This document shows positions 1-12,288 of a stretch of DNA of 64,000 nucleotides, piece by piece. The position numbers and the translations under genes were made by a program. The stretch is from Octopus bimaculoides (taxonomy: Eukaryota). Under the pieces are notes generated by a model. That model made no database searches and was not told the origin of the DNA. It saw nothing but the letters and a program-made list of their open reading frames with translations. The stretch covers positions 7,159,698 through 7,223,697 of the forward strand of contig NC_068998.1 in assembly GCF_001194135.2 (NCBI RefSeq), read 5' to 3'. The stretch's first letter is position 1, and the number at the start of each line of letters is the position of its first letter.

Positions 1-968
1 TAAATTTTATGGTTATTAACTAAATATACCAATTAAAATTTATGCTTATGTGTTAACCTTAATTTCATAATTAACTACATCGTTATATTTAAAGATACCA
101 ATAAAACTTAATGCATTATGATTCAATATAGAAAGAAATTAAACTATAGTATCTGCTGACATATCTGAAATAAAGATGAAATACGGGAGTGTATCTAAAG
201 CAAACTGTAGCTCCACCTGCGAGTTGGGTGTAAATACAGCAACAGCAGAATTTATTCATTATCTAAGCACTGAAGTTGCTTCGGGGAGATTATGTAAAGT
301 GTTTTGAGAATGTGATTCTATATAAGATGATAATATGCTTTATGATTAAATGTACTATACATTACACATAAAAGATACCAATGGCTGATCACAGATTTTT
401 GCACGTGGGAAGATTCAGTTAAAGTTGCTAGCATGGAATCGAGTTTTTCTGTGGAAGACTAGTAAGTCTCTACAGCACTGTGCTGAAGCTCGAACACCTT
501 TCTGTTTTATATTTACATTTATCAAGAAAAATGTATTAATGCAGTATGTATTTTATTGATGTATTTTATAATTATGTATTAATTGGGCTAAATATTTGAT
601 GAAGCGATAATTAAACTAACTACTTACATATATATAGAAAAAGCATTTTGGTCCAGCTGATAGCATCTTTTCTTTAGTCGTACGATCTCTCTCTCTCTCC
701 TCCCCCCACTCTCATTCTTTCTGATCTAACCACTTCTTCCACAAAATACCATCCCACTATAATTCTTTGCTGGTCCCCATTTTTTGTTGTTCACCAAAGT
801 TCGATCCACAGATGTTCACGTTGTACATTACTAAATCTCACCAGAAAGAGAATTAAAAGAATTTTGCGAAGACGATGAGCACTGGTCTTTTCCCGTGACT
901 AAACTCGTAAAATAAACTGTACTACATACATACACACACACACACACACACAAACACANNNNNNNNNN

Positions 969-1000
<32 letters not shown>

Positions 1001-1617
1001 TAAAACAAGTAGGAGTTGGTCAGCCCGCCATAATTCTTAGCCTGCTCATGTTTTTTCTTTGTTCATCAGACGTCAACCTAAATCTTCACAACACACATAT
1101 CAACATCACTTAACACTGTAAAAACATAATACAGCTGATTCTCCCTCGTGACTAAACCCTTAAGAGAATTATTCTACATTCTAATTATGCGAGAAAAAAA
1201 TATTAATTAGTCTCAAGAGAATCAATGATAGAAAACAGAACTAGTGCCAGCGATGACATCCAATTCTCAATTCACAAACGAATGTAATTCCTATAAATAT
1301 ATGGTATTTCAAAAGAAACTATTAAGAGTGAAAATGTGATGCCATAGTTTCTGTGCCATTTATTATGTTTCTACGTAGAATTCTGAGAATTTATTTTTGT
1401 AAAGTTCTTTTTTGCGGATTTAATTCCCATTGTGGAGAAAGTTTTGCTTTACAGCTATTAGTATGAATACCACTAAAATATATTAGCGAGATCTTAATCA
1501 GATAAATGGCACCTTCTGAAATCTGGTTTTTCCTTTTAACTAAACGATTATTTTAGTTAACTAGCAGGCCAAATTGTAACTTTTGCCTTTTGAAGAATTT
1601 ACTTACAAATAAATAAA

Positions 1618-1995
1618 CGCACGCACGCACACACACATGCACGCGTGCACACACACAGATACACATAATACATACATACATATATACACGCAAATGCACA
1701 CACACAAATACACACACAGACAATATACGAATATTTTATATGGGACACGACATGTTAGAAATAGCAGTCAAATGTTCAAGTCAAAACACTGGTCTACAGC
1801 AAACACACACACACACTCACACACGCACACAGATACACGCACACACATACACGCACACACACACACATACACACACATACACACGCACTCACACACAAAT
1901 GCACACACACAAATACACACATAGACAATATGGCACGTGACCTGTTACAAATGGCAGTCAACTCTTCAAGACAAAACACCAGTCAACAACAAACA
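1618..1995. repeat. Diverged tandem duplication (about 190 bp period), each unit a compound (CA)n tract plus about 65 bp of non-microsatellite sequence
   Basis: atatgggacacgacatgttagaaatagcagtcaaatgttcaagtcaaaacactggtctacagcaaac (about 1738-1804) aligns with atatggcacgtgacctgttacaaatggcagtcaactcttcaagacaaaacaccagtcaacaacaaac (about 1928-1994). Both follow aaatgcacacacacaaatacacaca...gacaatat. Confidence 0.8.
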
Positions 1996-2127
1996 TGGGT
2001 ATATAGCATAATGTCTTGGAAATCCTACAGCAATAGAATAATCGTAGCTGGAATGGCTCTGTTCCTAGTCTTGCTCAATCAATGAAATTTTACCTAGGGC
2101 TAAAAAATATACTACACATATACACAT

Positions 2128-2575
2128 ATCCTGCCTGGCACTCCGTCGTTTACGACGACTGGGGTTCCAGTTAATCCCGACAACGGAACAGCCTGCTCGT
2201 GAAATGAACGTGCAAGTGGCTGAGCACTCCACAGACACGTGTACCCTTAACGTAGTTCAGTGTGATACAAATTGTGACAAGGCTGGCCCTTTGAAATACA
2301 AATACAACAGAAACAGGAAGAAAGAGTGAGAGAATGTTGTGTTGAATGAGTACAGCAAGGTTCGCCCCCCCCCCTGCCGGAACCAGATTGAGCATGACAC
2401 AGAATGTGACAAGGCCGGCCCTTTTAATTACGGGTACAGCTAAGTTTTGCCAGCTGAGTAGACTGGTGCAACGTGAAATAAAGTATGTTGCTCGAGGAGA
2501 CAACACGCCTCTGTGAATCGAACTCACGACTTTACGATCGTGAGTCGATTGCCCGAACTGCTGAGCCACGCGCCT
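2128..2575 (-). mobile_element. Chimeric tRNA-headed SINE (family C here): 3' part of one element joined to head and core of another
   Basis: Shared block gtgacaaggctggccctttgaaataca occurs twice (about 2276 and about 2407). The tRNA-like head (gaatcgaactcacgac...gagccacgcgcc) reads leftward at the right end. The body matches 16825-17010 and 48675-48855 in opposite orientation. Confidence 0.75.
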
Positions 2576-3433
2576 TTACAGTGAAAAGGTAAGAAACCAG
2601 AGCAGACACTTCAAGCATCTTACTCGATGTTCTTGCAGTTCTGCTAATTGAGATTGGTATTTTTTATTGGTTTCAAAAGGATAAAAGACAAAGTTGATCC
2701 CTACAGGATTTGAACCCAAAGCACCGAGAGTCTGAAGAAAACACGGCGAGTCATTTTATCTGACATTCTAACAACTCAGTCAGTTTGCTCTCATGTGTTT
2801 GTATGTGTATGTAAGTGTGTGTGTATGTATGTATGATTTTTCTTTGAGTTTAAGTCTTTCTTAGTCAGTCGCCGCTAACAAGGCAACAAGACTTTTTGAG
2901 GTAAGAGTTCCCAGCGTTTGTATTTGTTTTTCATTAAGCATTTTATTCCGTTTCCACACAACAATAATTAAATTGTAAATATCATTGAAGTCGTTAAATT
3001 ATACGAAGTTAATGTCATTTGGTGTATTGCTTGTATGGTGTGTGTTATTAGTTTTAACTAGATTAATGCCCATGTTTATGTGCTCTGTCAGTGTTGATGC
3101 TGGGAATAGTTACACTTGATTAAGAAGTCCACAATCATCATGTACGCATGCTTTTGTGACTTTCGCAGATCTGTTTGAGACTACCGGGATCAAAGCATTA
3201 TCCTGCTGTGTTTCAGCTTTCCGATTTTGCTCACATAAATCTCTCGTAAACATCCGCATTGTTATTACGTTGCATTTAAAAAATCATCTTAAGTTGAGAG
3301 TTGCATCTTATATTTACATAAGTTCAGTTAGTGTACATAGCGAAAAAAGAATCGTTTCGTACATTACGCGATAATCCACACCAACAATGACACCACATCC
3401 TATTAATTCGTTAAGTACCACATATTAGGAGTA

Positions 3434-3718
3434 ACGATTATTTGCCAACATAACATGGAAGTCCTGGTTTAGGACGAATATTGCTGAAATTTAGCCCCAG
3501 GAGACATCGTCTCCAGCTGGTTATACGACACGATCTGTGTCCTTATATTTTCGAACAAGGGAATCTAGCACGCCCACTCAGCTCAAAACAATATCTGTAC
3601 ATCGCGATTTCCGGGTTATTTCACTTCATCAGCACAGAATAATTGTTCGCACAGAACAATTGTTTGCATAGCCAACCGGAGACAATGTCTCCTGAGGCTA
3701 AATTACAGCAACATTCGT
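3434..3718. mobile_element. Foldback/MITE-like element, long-spacer variant with truncated right arm
   Basis: Left arm 3434-3543 matches the arm of the 19141-19378 palindrome. Partial right arm 3668-3718 (atagccaaccggagacaatgtctcctgaggctaaattacagcaacatt) is its reverse complement. Spacer is about 125 bp. Confidence 0.85.
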
Positions 3719-3719
3719 A

Positions 3720-4466
3720 CCACTTGCAACACTCTACGCGTGGTCCGAAACATCTCCACTGAGAGAATGAACTATTCTTTCAATGCAAATTTTCCACTGA
3801 TATTGCATCAAAATGCATTGGACACTTGGTTGTGAGATTCCTATCACAAAAATCGCTTTCTCCATAGATATTCTGGAACTCTAGCAATATGTTTATTGTA
3901 CTTTTTCTTTCATTTTATGGGGTTCGATGTCCGTATTCTTTCAGAATGTTTCTTGTGAGCATTCTGAACAATTCCGTCTGCTTCAAACTTGACACTAATT
4001 CAACTGGGGGTAAACTGCGACGGCGGATCTGTTTGGAACTCTCTCCTAAGCTGCATTTTCACATCGAGTGCATTTTTCAAACTTTCGGTAGCTCTTCAGG
4101 AAAAAAATTCTCTTTGTCCAAAGCTAAGTGTTTCTCCTTTCATTATTTCCATTGGGTTAAGTCAGCAAGCTGGCGGAATCGTTAACACGTCGGACAAAGT
4201 GTTTGGTGACATTTCTTCCCGCTCGTTACGTTCAGAGTTCAAATTCCGCCAAGGTTGACTTTGAATTTCATCCTTTCGAGGTCGATGAAACAAGTCCCAG
4301 TTAAACACTGGGGTTAATGTAATCACCTAGCCCCTTCCCTACACAGTTTCAGGCCTTCTGCATAGAGTTGAAAGGGTTACTTCCAATGGATTAAATCTAA
4401 AAAGAAATGAAAACTGAGCGAGCTTTCAGCATTTGAAGAGTGAATAACATTTTTGGAGACACCTTG
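3720..4466 (-). mobile_element. Decayed Tc1/mariner transposon, 5' end plus transposase N-terminal HTH region (DUF4817/maT-like)
   Basis: Minus strand starts TA-caaggtgtctccaaaaatg (TIR-like, TA at 4467-4468). ATG at 4143, then frameshifted peptides MKGETLSFGQREFF / ENALDVKMQLRREFQTDPPSQ / KFEADGIVQNAHKKHSERIRTS / IGISQPSVQCILMQYQWKICIERIVHSLSGDVSDH, matching from memory the mariner-type pattern FRREF..DPP..I..KFE..G.V....RSGRPRT. Contains stops and frameshifts and is interrupted by a SINE. Confidence 0.8.
4159..4380 (+). mobile_element. Family A tRNA-derived SINE, older copy, nested in the mariner remnant
   Basis: A-box-like tggcggaatcgttaa, B-box gagttcaaattcc, central gttgactttgaatttcatcctttcgaggtcgat. 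Flanked by ttccattgg (4147-4155) and ttccaatgg (4381-4389), TSD-like. Confidence 0.85.
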
Positions 4467-5249
4467 TAAATACATGTTTGCATTTATGAACCATGTGTAT
4501 ATCAGCAATCTGTCTATAAATTTCTGTTCGACACAGAAATATAGCATGCTCGTGTCGTAATCTATGTAAGGAAACCATAAAAGAAAAAAATTTGGAGAAG
4601 CGTATTTTTCTTTTCTTTTTATTAAGTTAATTTTAGTTTTCTTTTGTTGGAAAGCATTAAATGGATTCCGTTTCTATATCCTTTTCAAATGAAGATGAGA
4701 ATTCGCGGTTTAATGAAAGATTATACATAAAAATATCAAATAGCCAAGAATAACCGGATTATGTGTAACAGCGAGTTGACTATAAAGATGTTAAAAACCA
4801 TAGCGAACTATATNNNNNNNNNNNNNNNNNNNNNNNNNNNNNNNNNNNNNNNNNNNNNNNNNNNNNNNNNNNNNNNNNNNNNNNNNNNNNNNNNNNNNNN
4901 NNNNNNNNNNNNNNNNNNNNNNNNNNNATATGTAAATGAAAAATAGCCCCGCAATGTTTAATATATACATACATACATGCACACGCATACATATGTATGC
5001 ATGTATATAAATATTCACATCTATCTATTTATCTATATGGTTCAGCTTTGTTATTGTATGCAAATGGAAAATGGAAAACATATGTGTTTATTCCCTCCCT
5101 GCCTGAGGTTACCGTGGTCTTTTCCGTAGGCTTTTCTTTCCACGGATAAACCTAGTCTTGCTTCTTACATTTTAAAAATTTCTTCTGTGATACACGATCC
5201 TTTTTGATCGCCTGTTTTTTCTTCCCGATCCCTTTTGATGGTCCATCAC

Positions 5250-5452
5250 AGGTGAGCTGCTAGATACAGGAGGAAAGAGTGAGAGAAAGTTGTGGCGAAA
5301 GGGTCAACAGAAGTTCGCCATTACCTTCTGCCGGAGCCGCGTGGAATTTCTGTGCTTCGCTCATAAACACACACATCACCCGGTGTGAGATTCGAGCCCG
5401 TGATCCCTCGACCGCGTGTCTGCTGCTCTAATCACTTGGCTATGTAGCTCCA
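5250..5452 (-). mobile_element. Family C SINE head and core
   Basis: gagctgctagatacaggaggaaagagtgagagaaagttgtggcgaaag...gagattcgagcccgtgatccctcgaccgcg...cacttggctatgtagctcca is collinear with 14410-14620. Confidence 0.85.
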
Positions 5453-5776
5453 CATAACATACTTAAGGTATGCATATGGTTAAAAAAGTTCTACGCTGCA
5501 GCGGTGATCTCGGGAAAGATCCCATTACAGACGTTGCATGTTAAAAAGACACAACATACCTCAGAGCTAGACGAAATGAAATCGTCTGTAATGGTTTCTA
5601 GCAAAATTGTCTTAAAGTATTTTAAGTATATGACAATAATAATTTGCAAAATGTTCGGAAGACAAATCTAACGTTTCATATCATTGTGACACCCATAATA
5701 TGATAGTATCACCAGATATATGGATATGCATGTGTGTCTCTGCCTGTGTAACTGTGTAAGCATTTATACGTGGCAT

Positions 5777-5826
<50 letters not shown>

Positions 5827-5861
5827 GTGTGCGTCTCTCTCTCTATATATATATGCGTGTC

Positions 5862-5896
<35 letters not shown>

Positions 5897-6072
5897 NNNN
5901 NNNNNNNNNNNNNNNNNNNNNNNNNNNNNNNNNNNNNNNNNNNNNNNNNNNNNNNNNNNNNNNNNNNNNNNNNNNNNNNNNNNNNNNNNNNNNNNNNNNN
6001 NNNNNNNNNNNNNNNNNNNNNNNNNNNNNNNNNNNNNNNATATATACATATATGTATAGTTACGTTTGTGAT

Positions 6073-6132
<60 letters not shown>

Positions 6133-6748
6133 AGGTGAAATTACTTGAATTACTCGAAAAATTTACTCGAAATGAGCAGTTTGCAGAAGCCGAGTGGATT
6201 AGGTTACTGCTAAATGGTAAACGAGGAAATTACACAGGAGATCGATTATACGGGAAATTGAATTTTCTTTTGAAAACGTCTACTGATAAATTGATATGGA
6301 AGTAACTGACACCAATTTCTTTGGTTTTGACCTCAAATATGACATGGATAACCACTTGTCTTGCCACGTGTTGAGATGTCTAAAAATGAATTTATATCCA
6401 ATTTATATACTGGCTATTATCGCAAAGCAGATGAAATAATCAGTTTAAGCAAGTTTCGGTTCTACCTTGAGGGCCATTTCATTTAAATTACGTCGCTAAA
6501 TAGTCTTCAGAAAAATACATGAATTTTAAAATAGCCATCTTTTCCTATTCCTCTATATATTTGAACTCAAATGTTTAAGTACGAGATTGGTTCTTCTACC
6601 TTATAATGCTATATTGTAGTATTGTTGTTGCGGCCCATTTTGTAAAGCGTCCATTGGTTTTATTTGAAATAGATTAAATTTCTTTCATATAAGTTAAAAT
6701 GTAATCGGTAACGGTTTTTTTCTTCAAAAAATAAAGAACTACATCGAA

Positions 6749-6815
6749 TGCCGTAAATTCTCGAGTATAATCCGCACTGTTTTCCCAAGATTTATAGTGC
6801 GTACTATATACGAGG
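6749..6815. mobile_element. Possible pogo/Tigger-like DNA transposon terminus fragment
   Basis: tgccgtaaattctcgagtataatccgca followed by a degenerate inverted copy (tgcgtactatatacgagg). Resemblance from memory only; no opposite end found. Confidence 0.35.
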
Positions 6816-7892
6816 TTAAAAATGAAAAATATTTTTTAAGCAAAATTTTCTAAGTGATAAATATGTAAAGGCAATTTACTTAATATTTTTTCACTGACGT
6901 TATTACTGTTATTTCTTTATTTTCTGCAAACAATCTATAATTTCTATTGGATTTTATCCTCCGCATCTATGTTTTTTCATTAGTAATGCTTTCCTGTGTA
7001 TATGCATAGATGTAATAGTTTTCCCTAATAAACTGCGCCTCACGTTTGAGACTCCGATCAAGCTATAACATGTTACTCAGGCAGTCAATTATATATATAT
7101 ATATATATATATATNNNNNNNNNNNNNNNNNNNNNNNNNNNNNNNNNNNNNNNNNNNNNNNNNNNNNNNNNNNNNNNNNNNNNNNNNNNNNNNNNNNNNN
7201 NNNNNNNNNNNNNNNNNNNNNNNNNNNNNNNNNNNNNNNNNNNNNNNNNNNNNNNNNNNNNNNNNNNNNNNNNNNNNNNNNNNNNNNNNNNNNNNNNNNN
7301 NNNNNNNNNNNNNNNNNNNNNNNNNNNNNNNNNNNNNNNNNNNNNNNNNNNNNNNNNNNNNNNNNNNNNNNNNNNNNNNNNNNNNNNNNNNNNNNNNNNN
7401 NNNNNNNNNNNNNNNNNNNNNNNNNNNNNNNNNNNNNNNNNNNNNNNNNNNNNNNNNNNNNNNNNNNNNNNNNNNNNNNNNNNNNNNNNNNNNNNNNNNN
7501 NNNNNNNNNNNNNNNNNNNNNNNNNNNNNNNNNNNNNNNNNNNNNNNNNNNNNNNNNNNNNNNNNNNNNNNNNNNNNNNNNNNNNNNNNNNNNNNNNNNN
7601 NNNNNNNNNNNNNNNNNNNNNNNNNNNNNNNNNNNNNNNNNNNNNNNNNNNNNNNNNNNNNNNNNNNNNNNNNNNNNNNNNNNNNNNNNNNNNNNNNNNN
7701 NNNNNNNNNNNNNNNNNNNNNNNNNNNNNNNNNNNNNNNNNNNNNNNNNNNNNNNNNNNNNNNNNNNNNNNNNNNNNNNNNNNNNNNNNNNNNNNNNNNN
7801 NNNNNNNNNNNNNNNNNNNNNNNNNNNNNNNNNNNNNNNNNNNNNNNNNNNNNNNNNNNNNNNNNNNNNNNNNNNNNNNNNNNNNNNNNNNN

Positions 7893-7953
<61 letters not shown>

Positions 7954-8689
7954 TTTTTTCTCTACCATTCTGTTCACGATGAGACTTCTATCTGTTGGTG
8001 TAACTCGCTTGCAGAAGTAAGTTTGGTTAAGGAATTTAGCGTGGTAATGTATGGGACTTATAATCAGGATCTTGGACTACCCAGATAGTGCCAGATCGTC
8101 ATTTGACACTGTGTGAACGTAAGTATGTATATAGGTGTGTCTGTATGCATGGGTGGGTGGGTGGAGGTAGAATAGAGAAGGACAGCACATGATTGCGTAC
8201 ATTCAATCACGCTTCATAATAGATGTATACGTGTACCTTGATGAATGTGTGCAATGGTGTGCGCACTAGCTTAAAATATCATCTTGAAACCGCATGATAA
8301 TATCATTACTACACACACACAGAGGCAAACAGACAGACACACTGATACACACACACACACGCGCGCACAAACGCACACATTTTGGAAATACTTTCACATT
8401 GATGTCTTCAGTTAGAGTATCTTATTTCGTTGTTCTTCGCCTACTTCCTACTGCCAAGCTGTCCTTTAGTCATCTCATTCGATCTGCTTGCCCAAAGAAA
8501 CACGATACTTTTACCTGATTTAAACAGAGTTTTAATTAAATCTGTCACTTTTCAACAGAACGTCTAACCGAGAGCTGAGATTCTCACAGAACCACTTGTA
8601 TTTTTCTTTACAACTACAGAAAAAGACACTGAAGAATGTAATATGTTATGTATTCTCTCACTCGCATTCTCTCTCTGTCTGTCTATCCG

Positions 8690-8734
<45 letters not shown>

Positions 8735-9326
8735 GTGTGTACATGTAGCTCTGTCAGTTTCCGTGTGTAAGATGACATGACATGAAATACCGTATTCCAA
8801 TAACCAATGGTTTAAAATTACATGAGCGTTTCCGAAAACAAATGAAAAACAAATTAAAATTCATTATGCCATTTGTCCATTACAAGTTTTACGTAAGATC
8901 TTTAAATACGCTCCTCGGTGTCTTGTCGAGAATTGAACAACAGCTTCAGTAAATATAACAGTGTTAGCATTGATACTGCGATAGGAAGGAAGAAGGTGTG
9001 GTAGATTAACAGAAGCGGCAGAGCAACAGACAAATATCCGCTATGTTGTATTTAGTTTCATCCCACCATGTCCTGAATCCAGTCGTAATTATCGGACAAC
9101 CAACCGAGATGCTGGTGGTTCGCATAGAATACCAAGCATCTAACTTTGAAGAAAATTGACTCCGTTAATAGAATTTAAAAGTGAAATCTGCAGAGGAACA
9201 CAAAATCACTATTAGTGAAACCAGAAATCGGGTAATTAGCCAAGTTGATAATGGTTCGTATAGAATGCTTGGCATATCTACCACTCACGAAAACTCGTTT
9301 CGTGGACGACAGGAAAGCCTCTAAGT

Positions 9327-9491
9327 CAATGGTCTTCAACCGGGGTCCATACAGCCCCTAAGGGTCGATATAAGATTTTGTTGTTAAAATTCATCAGCAA
9401 TAATTGTGTTATACTTCTACAACACACAGAATATCAAAAAATACAAAATTAAATATAATTCCTTATAATACAGTAATCCCTCGATTATCGC
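9327..9491. mobile_element. Two adjacent DNA-transposon terminal fragments (hAT-like then Tigger-like)
   Basis: caatggtcttcaaccggggtccat at 9327 resembles hAT-type cagtggttcccaacc ends. TA-cagtaatccctcgattatcgc at 9469-9491 resembles Tigger/pogo TIRs. No partner ends seen. Confidence 0.4.
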
Positions 9492-9554
9492 AGACTATTG
9501 GTGTATAGGTTACATACAACTAATGATAGAAACGAATAAAAGTAAGAGCATACA

Positions 9555-9868
9555 ATTACACACACACGCACGCACGCACGCACGCACACACACTCACGTA
9601 CAAACACACGCACACACGCACGCAAACACACACGCACGCAAACACACACGCACATTCATACATACTCACACACAAACACTCACGCACAAATACACACACT
9701 CGCAAACACACGCACACACACACACACACACGCACGCAAACACACACGCACACACAAGCACACAAACACACGTAGAAACACACGTAGAAACACACGCACA
9801 AACACACGTAGAAACACACGGACAAACACACGTACACACACACACAAATACACACACACACGCACAAA
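9555..9868. repeat. Compound (CA)n/(GCAC)n microsatellite containing a 12-bp minisatellite
   Basis: Direct reading; aaacacacgtag and variants repeated about 6 times at about 9766-9835. Confidence 0.9.
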
Positions 9869-11069
9869 GATAAAAGGATAAAAGATAAATTTATAAACTA
9901 TTTTAATCAACACTTAATCTTATGACTGAACTAATCGCTTATAAAATTGTCGCAACACAGATTGTTCCTTATCTCACCTGTCAGCAAAATTTCGTTAAAT
10001 TTTGTCAAATGTAAAACCGCCCGCTGTTGGAATCTTTAAAACCTGTATTAAGCAAGCAGTTAAGACTTTAAGACCAAAAGCAGCAATTGAACATTAGTGA
10101 GAATCTTCTAGAAAATAAATTAAAGATACATTATTTTGCTGAGCATAAATGCATCTCCACCGTTTGATTTCTTTTTCACCACTTGTAATTCTCTCCCGCG
10201 GTACGACATTGCTAATATCTTTAAATAACGGCATGTATATTATAACTTTTCATCTACATTTAGTTTAAAATCTGTGACTGAACGCTGATGTAATAAATAA
10301 TTATTATTTGGAGGTCCATGATAAATGTAGAAAGCGAAAAAATGTATTATAGACCTATTAAGAGATGGTGGGTAACTAAAATTTCTGAAATATTTAAAGG
10401 CTGTTTCGAGCATTAAAAGATTAAGAATTGCAGCGATGTTGAAGAAAAAAAAAAAAAAGGATAAAGAAAAAAAAGAAAAAAAAAAATGAAAGTCTTTTAA
10501 AATCATAACGCTTTCAGAAAGGTAAAATGTATTTTGAACGGTTTTAAGTAATCACTCCGGAAAACTAAAATAAAAAAACCAAAAAACCCCAACAACGTCT
10601 AAATAGAAACGCATCATTTATTATTTAAATATAAAGATAAATATTTTTTTTTATTATATAATTTTGACAACTTATTGATATAAAGTAGAAAAAGTTTAAA
10701 AAATGCTGCTACTAAAAAAAGCCTAAAAAAAGACCATACACGTATTCTGATTTATAATTTACTGAAAGCCAAGAAATCGCTATAATGCATTGAGACAGAA
10801 CAAAATATTTAACACTTTCACAACTTGTCTTCATTTCCAATTTAGGTTTTGTGCTTCTTATAGAAATTAACATAAATAAGCTTCGTCGATTCACACATTA
10901 CTTTATAAGTATGAACCACTTTAAAAACTTCTGTTAAAATGTCTTCATACGAATGTGGTAAAATCAGAGTGTGTTTAAAAAAAATAAAAAATAAACTAAA
11001 AAATAAAATACAAACTCTGGTATGTGACCCCATCACCTCCCAAAAATACACGATGAAAGAATGAACTGG

Positions 11070-11132
11070 TAGATTAAGTCTGGCTGATAGATTAAGTCCG
11101 GCTGATAGATTAAGTCTGGCTGATAGATTAAG
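11070..11132. repeat. 18-bp tandem repeat x3.5
   Basis: tagattaagtctggctga at 11070, 11088 (one T>C) and 11106, then tagattaag; no spacers. Confidence 0.95.
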
Positions 11133-11145
11133 AAACACATGTTAA

Positions 11146-11376
11146 GGCGGCGAGCTGGCAGAAACGTTAGCACGCCGGGCGAAATGTTTAGCGGTATTTG
11201 GTCTGCCGTTACGTTCTGAGTTCAAATTCCACCGAAGTCGACTTTGCCTTTCATCCTTTCGGGGTCGATAAATTAAGTACCAGTTACGCACTGGAATCGA
11301 GGTAATCGACTTAATCTCTTTGTCTGTCCTTGTTTGTCCCCTCTATGTTTAGCCCCTTGTGGGCAATAAAGAAATA
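11146..11376 (+). mobile_element. Family A SINE, near-consensus monomer with 'tail B' 3' end
   Basis: ggcggcgagctggcagaaacgttagcacgccgggcgaaatg head, B-box gagttcaaattcc, core gtcgactttgcctttcatcctttcggggtcgataaattaagtaccag, tail tgtttgtcccctctatgtttagccccttgtgggcaataaagaaata. Confidence 0.95.
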
Positions 11377-12288
11377 AATACAATGTAGAATTTTCCTTTT
11401 CGAAACCGATCAATAGCGATCGAAAACGCTTAAGATAGTTTGTCGAACGTCTTGACGTTTCAGCCAGCTCACTACCACCGAATGTGAAAATGGAAAAGAC
11501 TCAAGCGAAAACGATTTTGCGTAGGTGAATTTAATGCATTTCCTGACTTTAAGTCGGATTTTATTTATTGGCATGACATGTACTGTCAAATAAAATACAT
11601 GTCATAACAAATATCCATCAACTGACATAGATTATATTTCAAGTTTTGAATTACAGTTCGATAGTTAAAATCTTCCCATAGCAACCACGTGACATCAACT
11701 TTGCTCACTACTACATGACAGTTTGGAAAAATTATCTTCTCTTGTATTCTTAGTTAGAGTAACAATTTATGAAGGGTGTTTAGTAGATCGAAACTATGCG
11801 GAAGCCCGACGTGTTACGCTAAGTATGCGTGGTCGATAATGTCTAATGTCTATCACACTTGCGCAGCTTCTGCTTTATCTGTTTCATATTTGAATATCTA
11901 TATATCTATCTATCTATCTAGATATTTGAGAAGCTTTTGGCGAAATGTGATTTAATAGTTCTAGAAAAAATATTTTTCCCTGTTTCAAATTATTAACACA
12001 TACTTAGAATCCAAAGAGACCTGTCGGGGTTTTCTATGGGAAAATTTTGTGATATTTAGAAATTTTATTCTCTTTTAGTCGACTTTTCTAAAACGAACTA
12101 CATCTTTAGATTTTAGTTTTCTGTTGTAATGTTCTACAGACAGAAATGTTTAATATGATATACATACGTCAAATATTTCAGAATAATACACACACATACA
12201 TCCACCCACATACACACGCACACACACTGATGCGCACACTTCTCGTCACAGAGTCCATTAATGTAACATTAAAAATTAATTATTCTCG

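Noticed and set aside
452-463. tggaagactagt equals the first 12 nt of miR-7
   Set aside because: The match stops at 12 nt, the local hairpin is only about 27 nt and no complementary 3p arm follows. A 12-mer hit to some conserved miRNA is plausible by chance in 128 kb of both strands.
7046-8020. Long ORFs of 200-330 aa in the track (also 15870-16445, 29988-30989, 34944-35754, 49590-50589)
   Set aside because: They consist of N gaps translated as X plus microsatellite dipeptides.
11070-11132. Short direct repeats as a CRISPR array
   Set aside because: Units are contiguous with no spacers, only 18 bp long, in eukaryotic repeat-rich DNA with no cas genes.
11146-11235. tRNA-like A and B boxes as tRNA genes
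   Set aside because: No cloverleaf or acceptor stem; each is the head of a multi-copy SINE.
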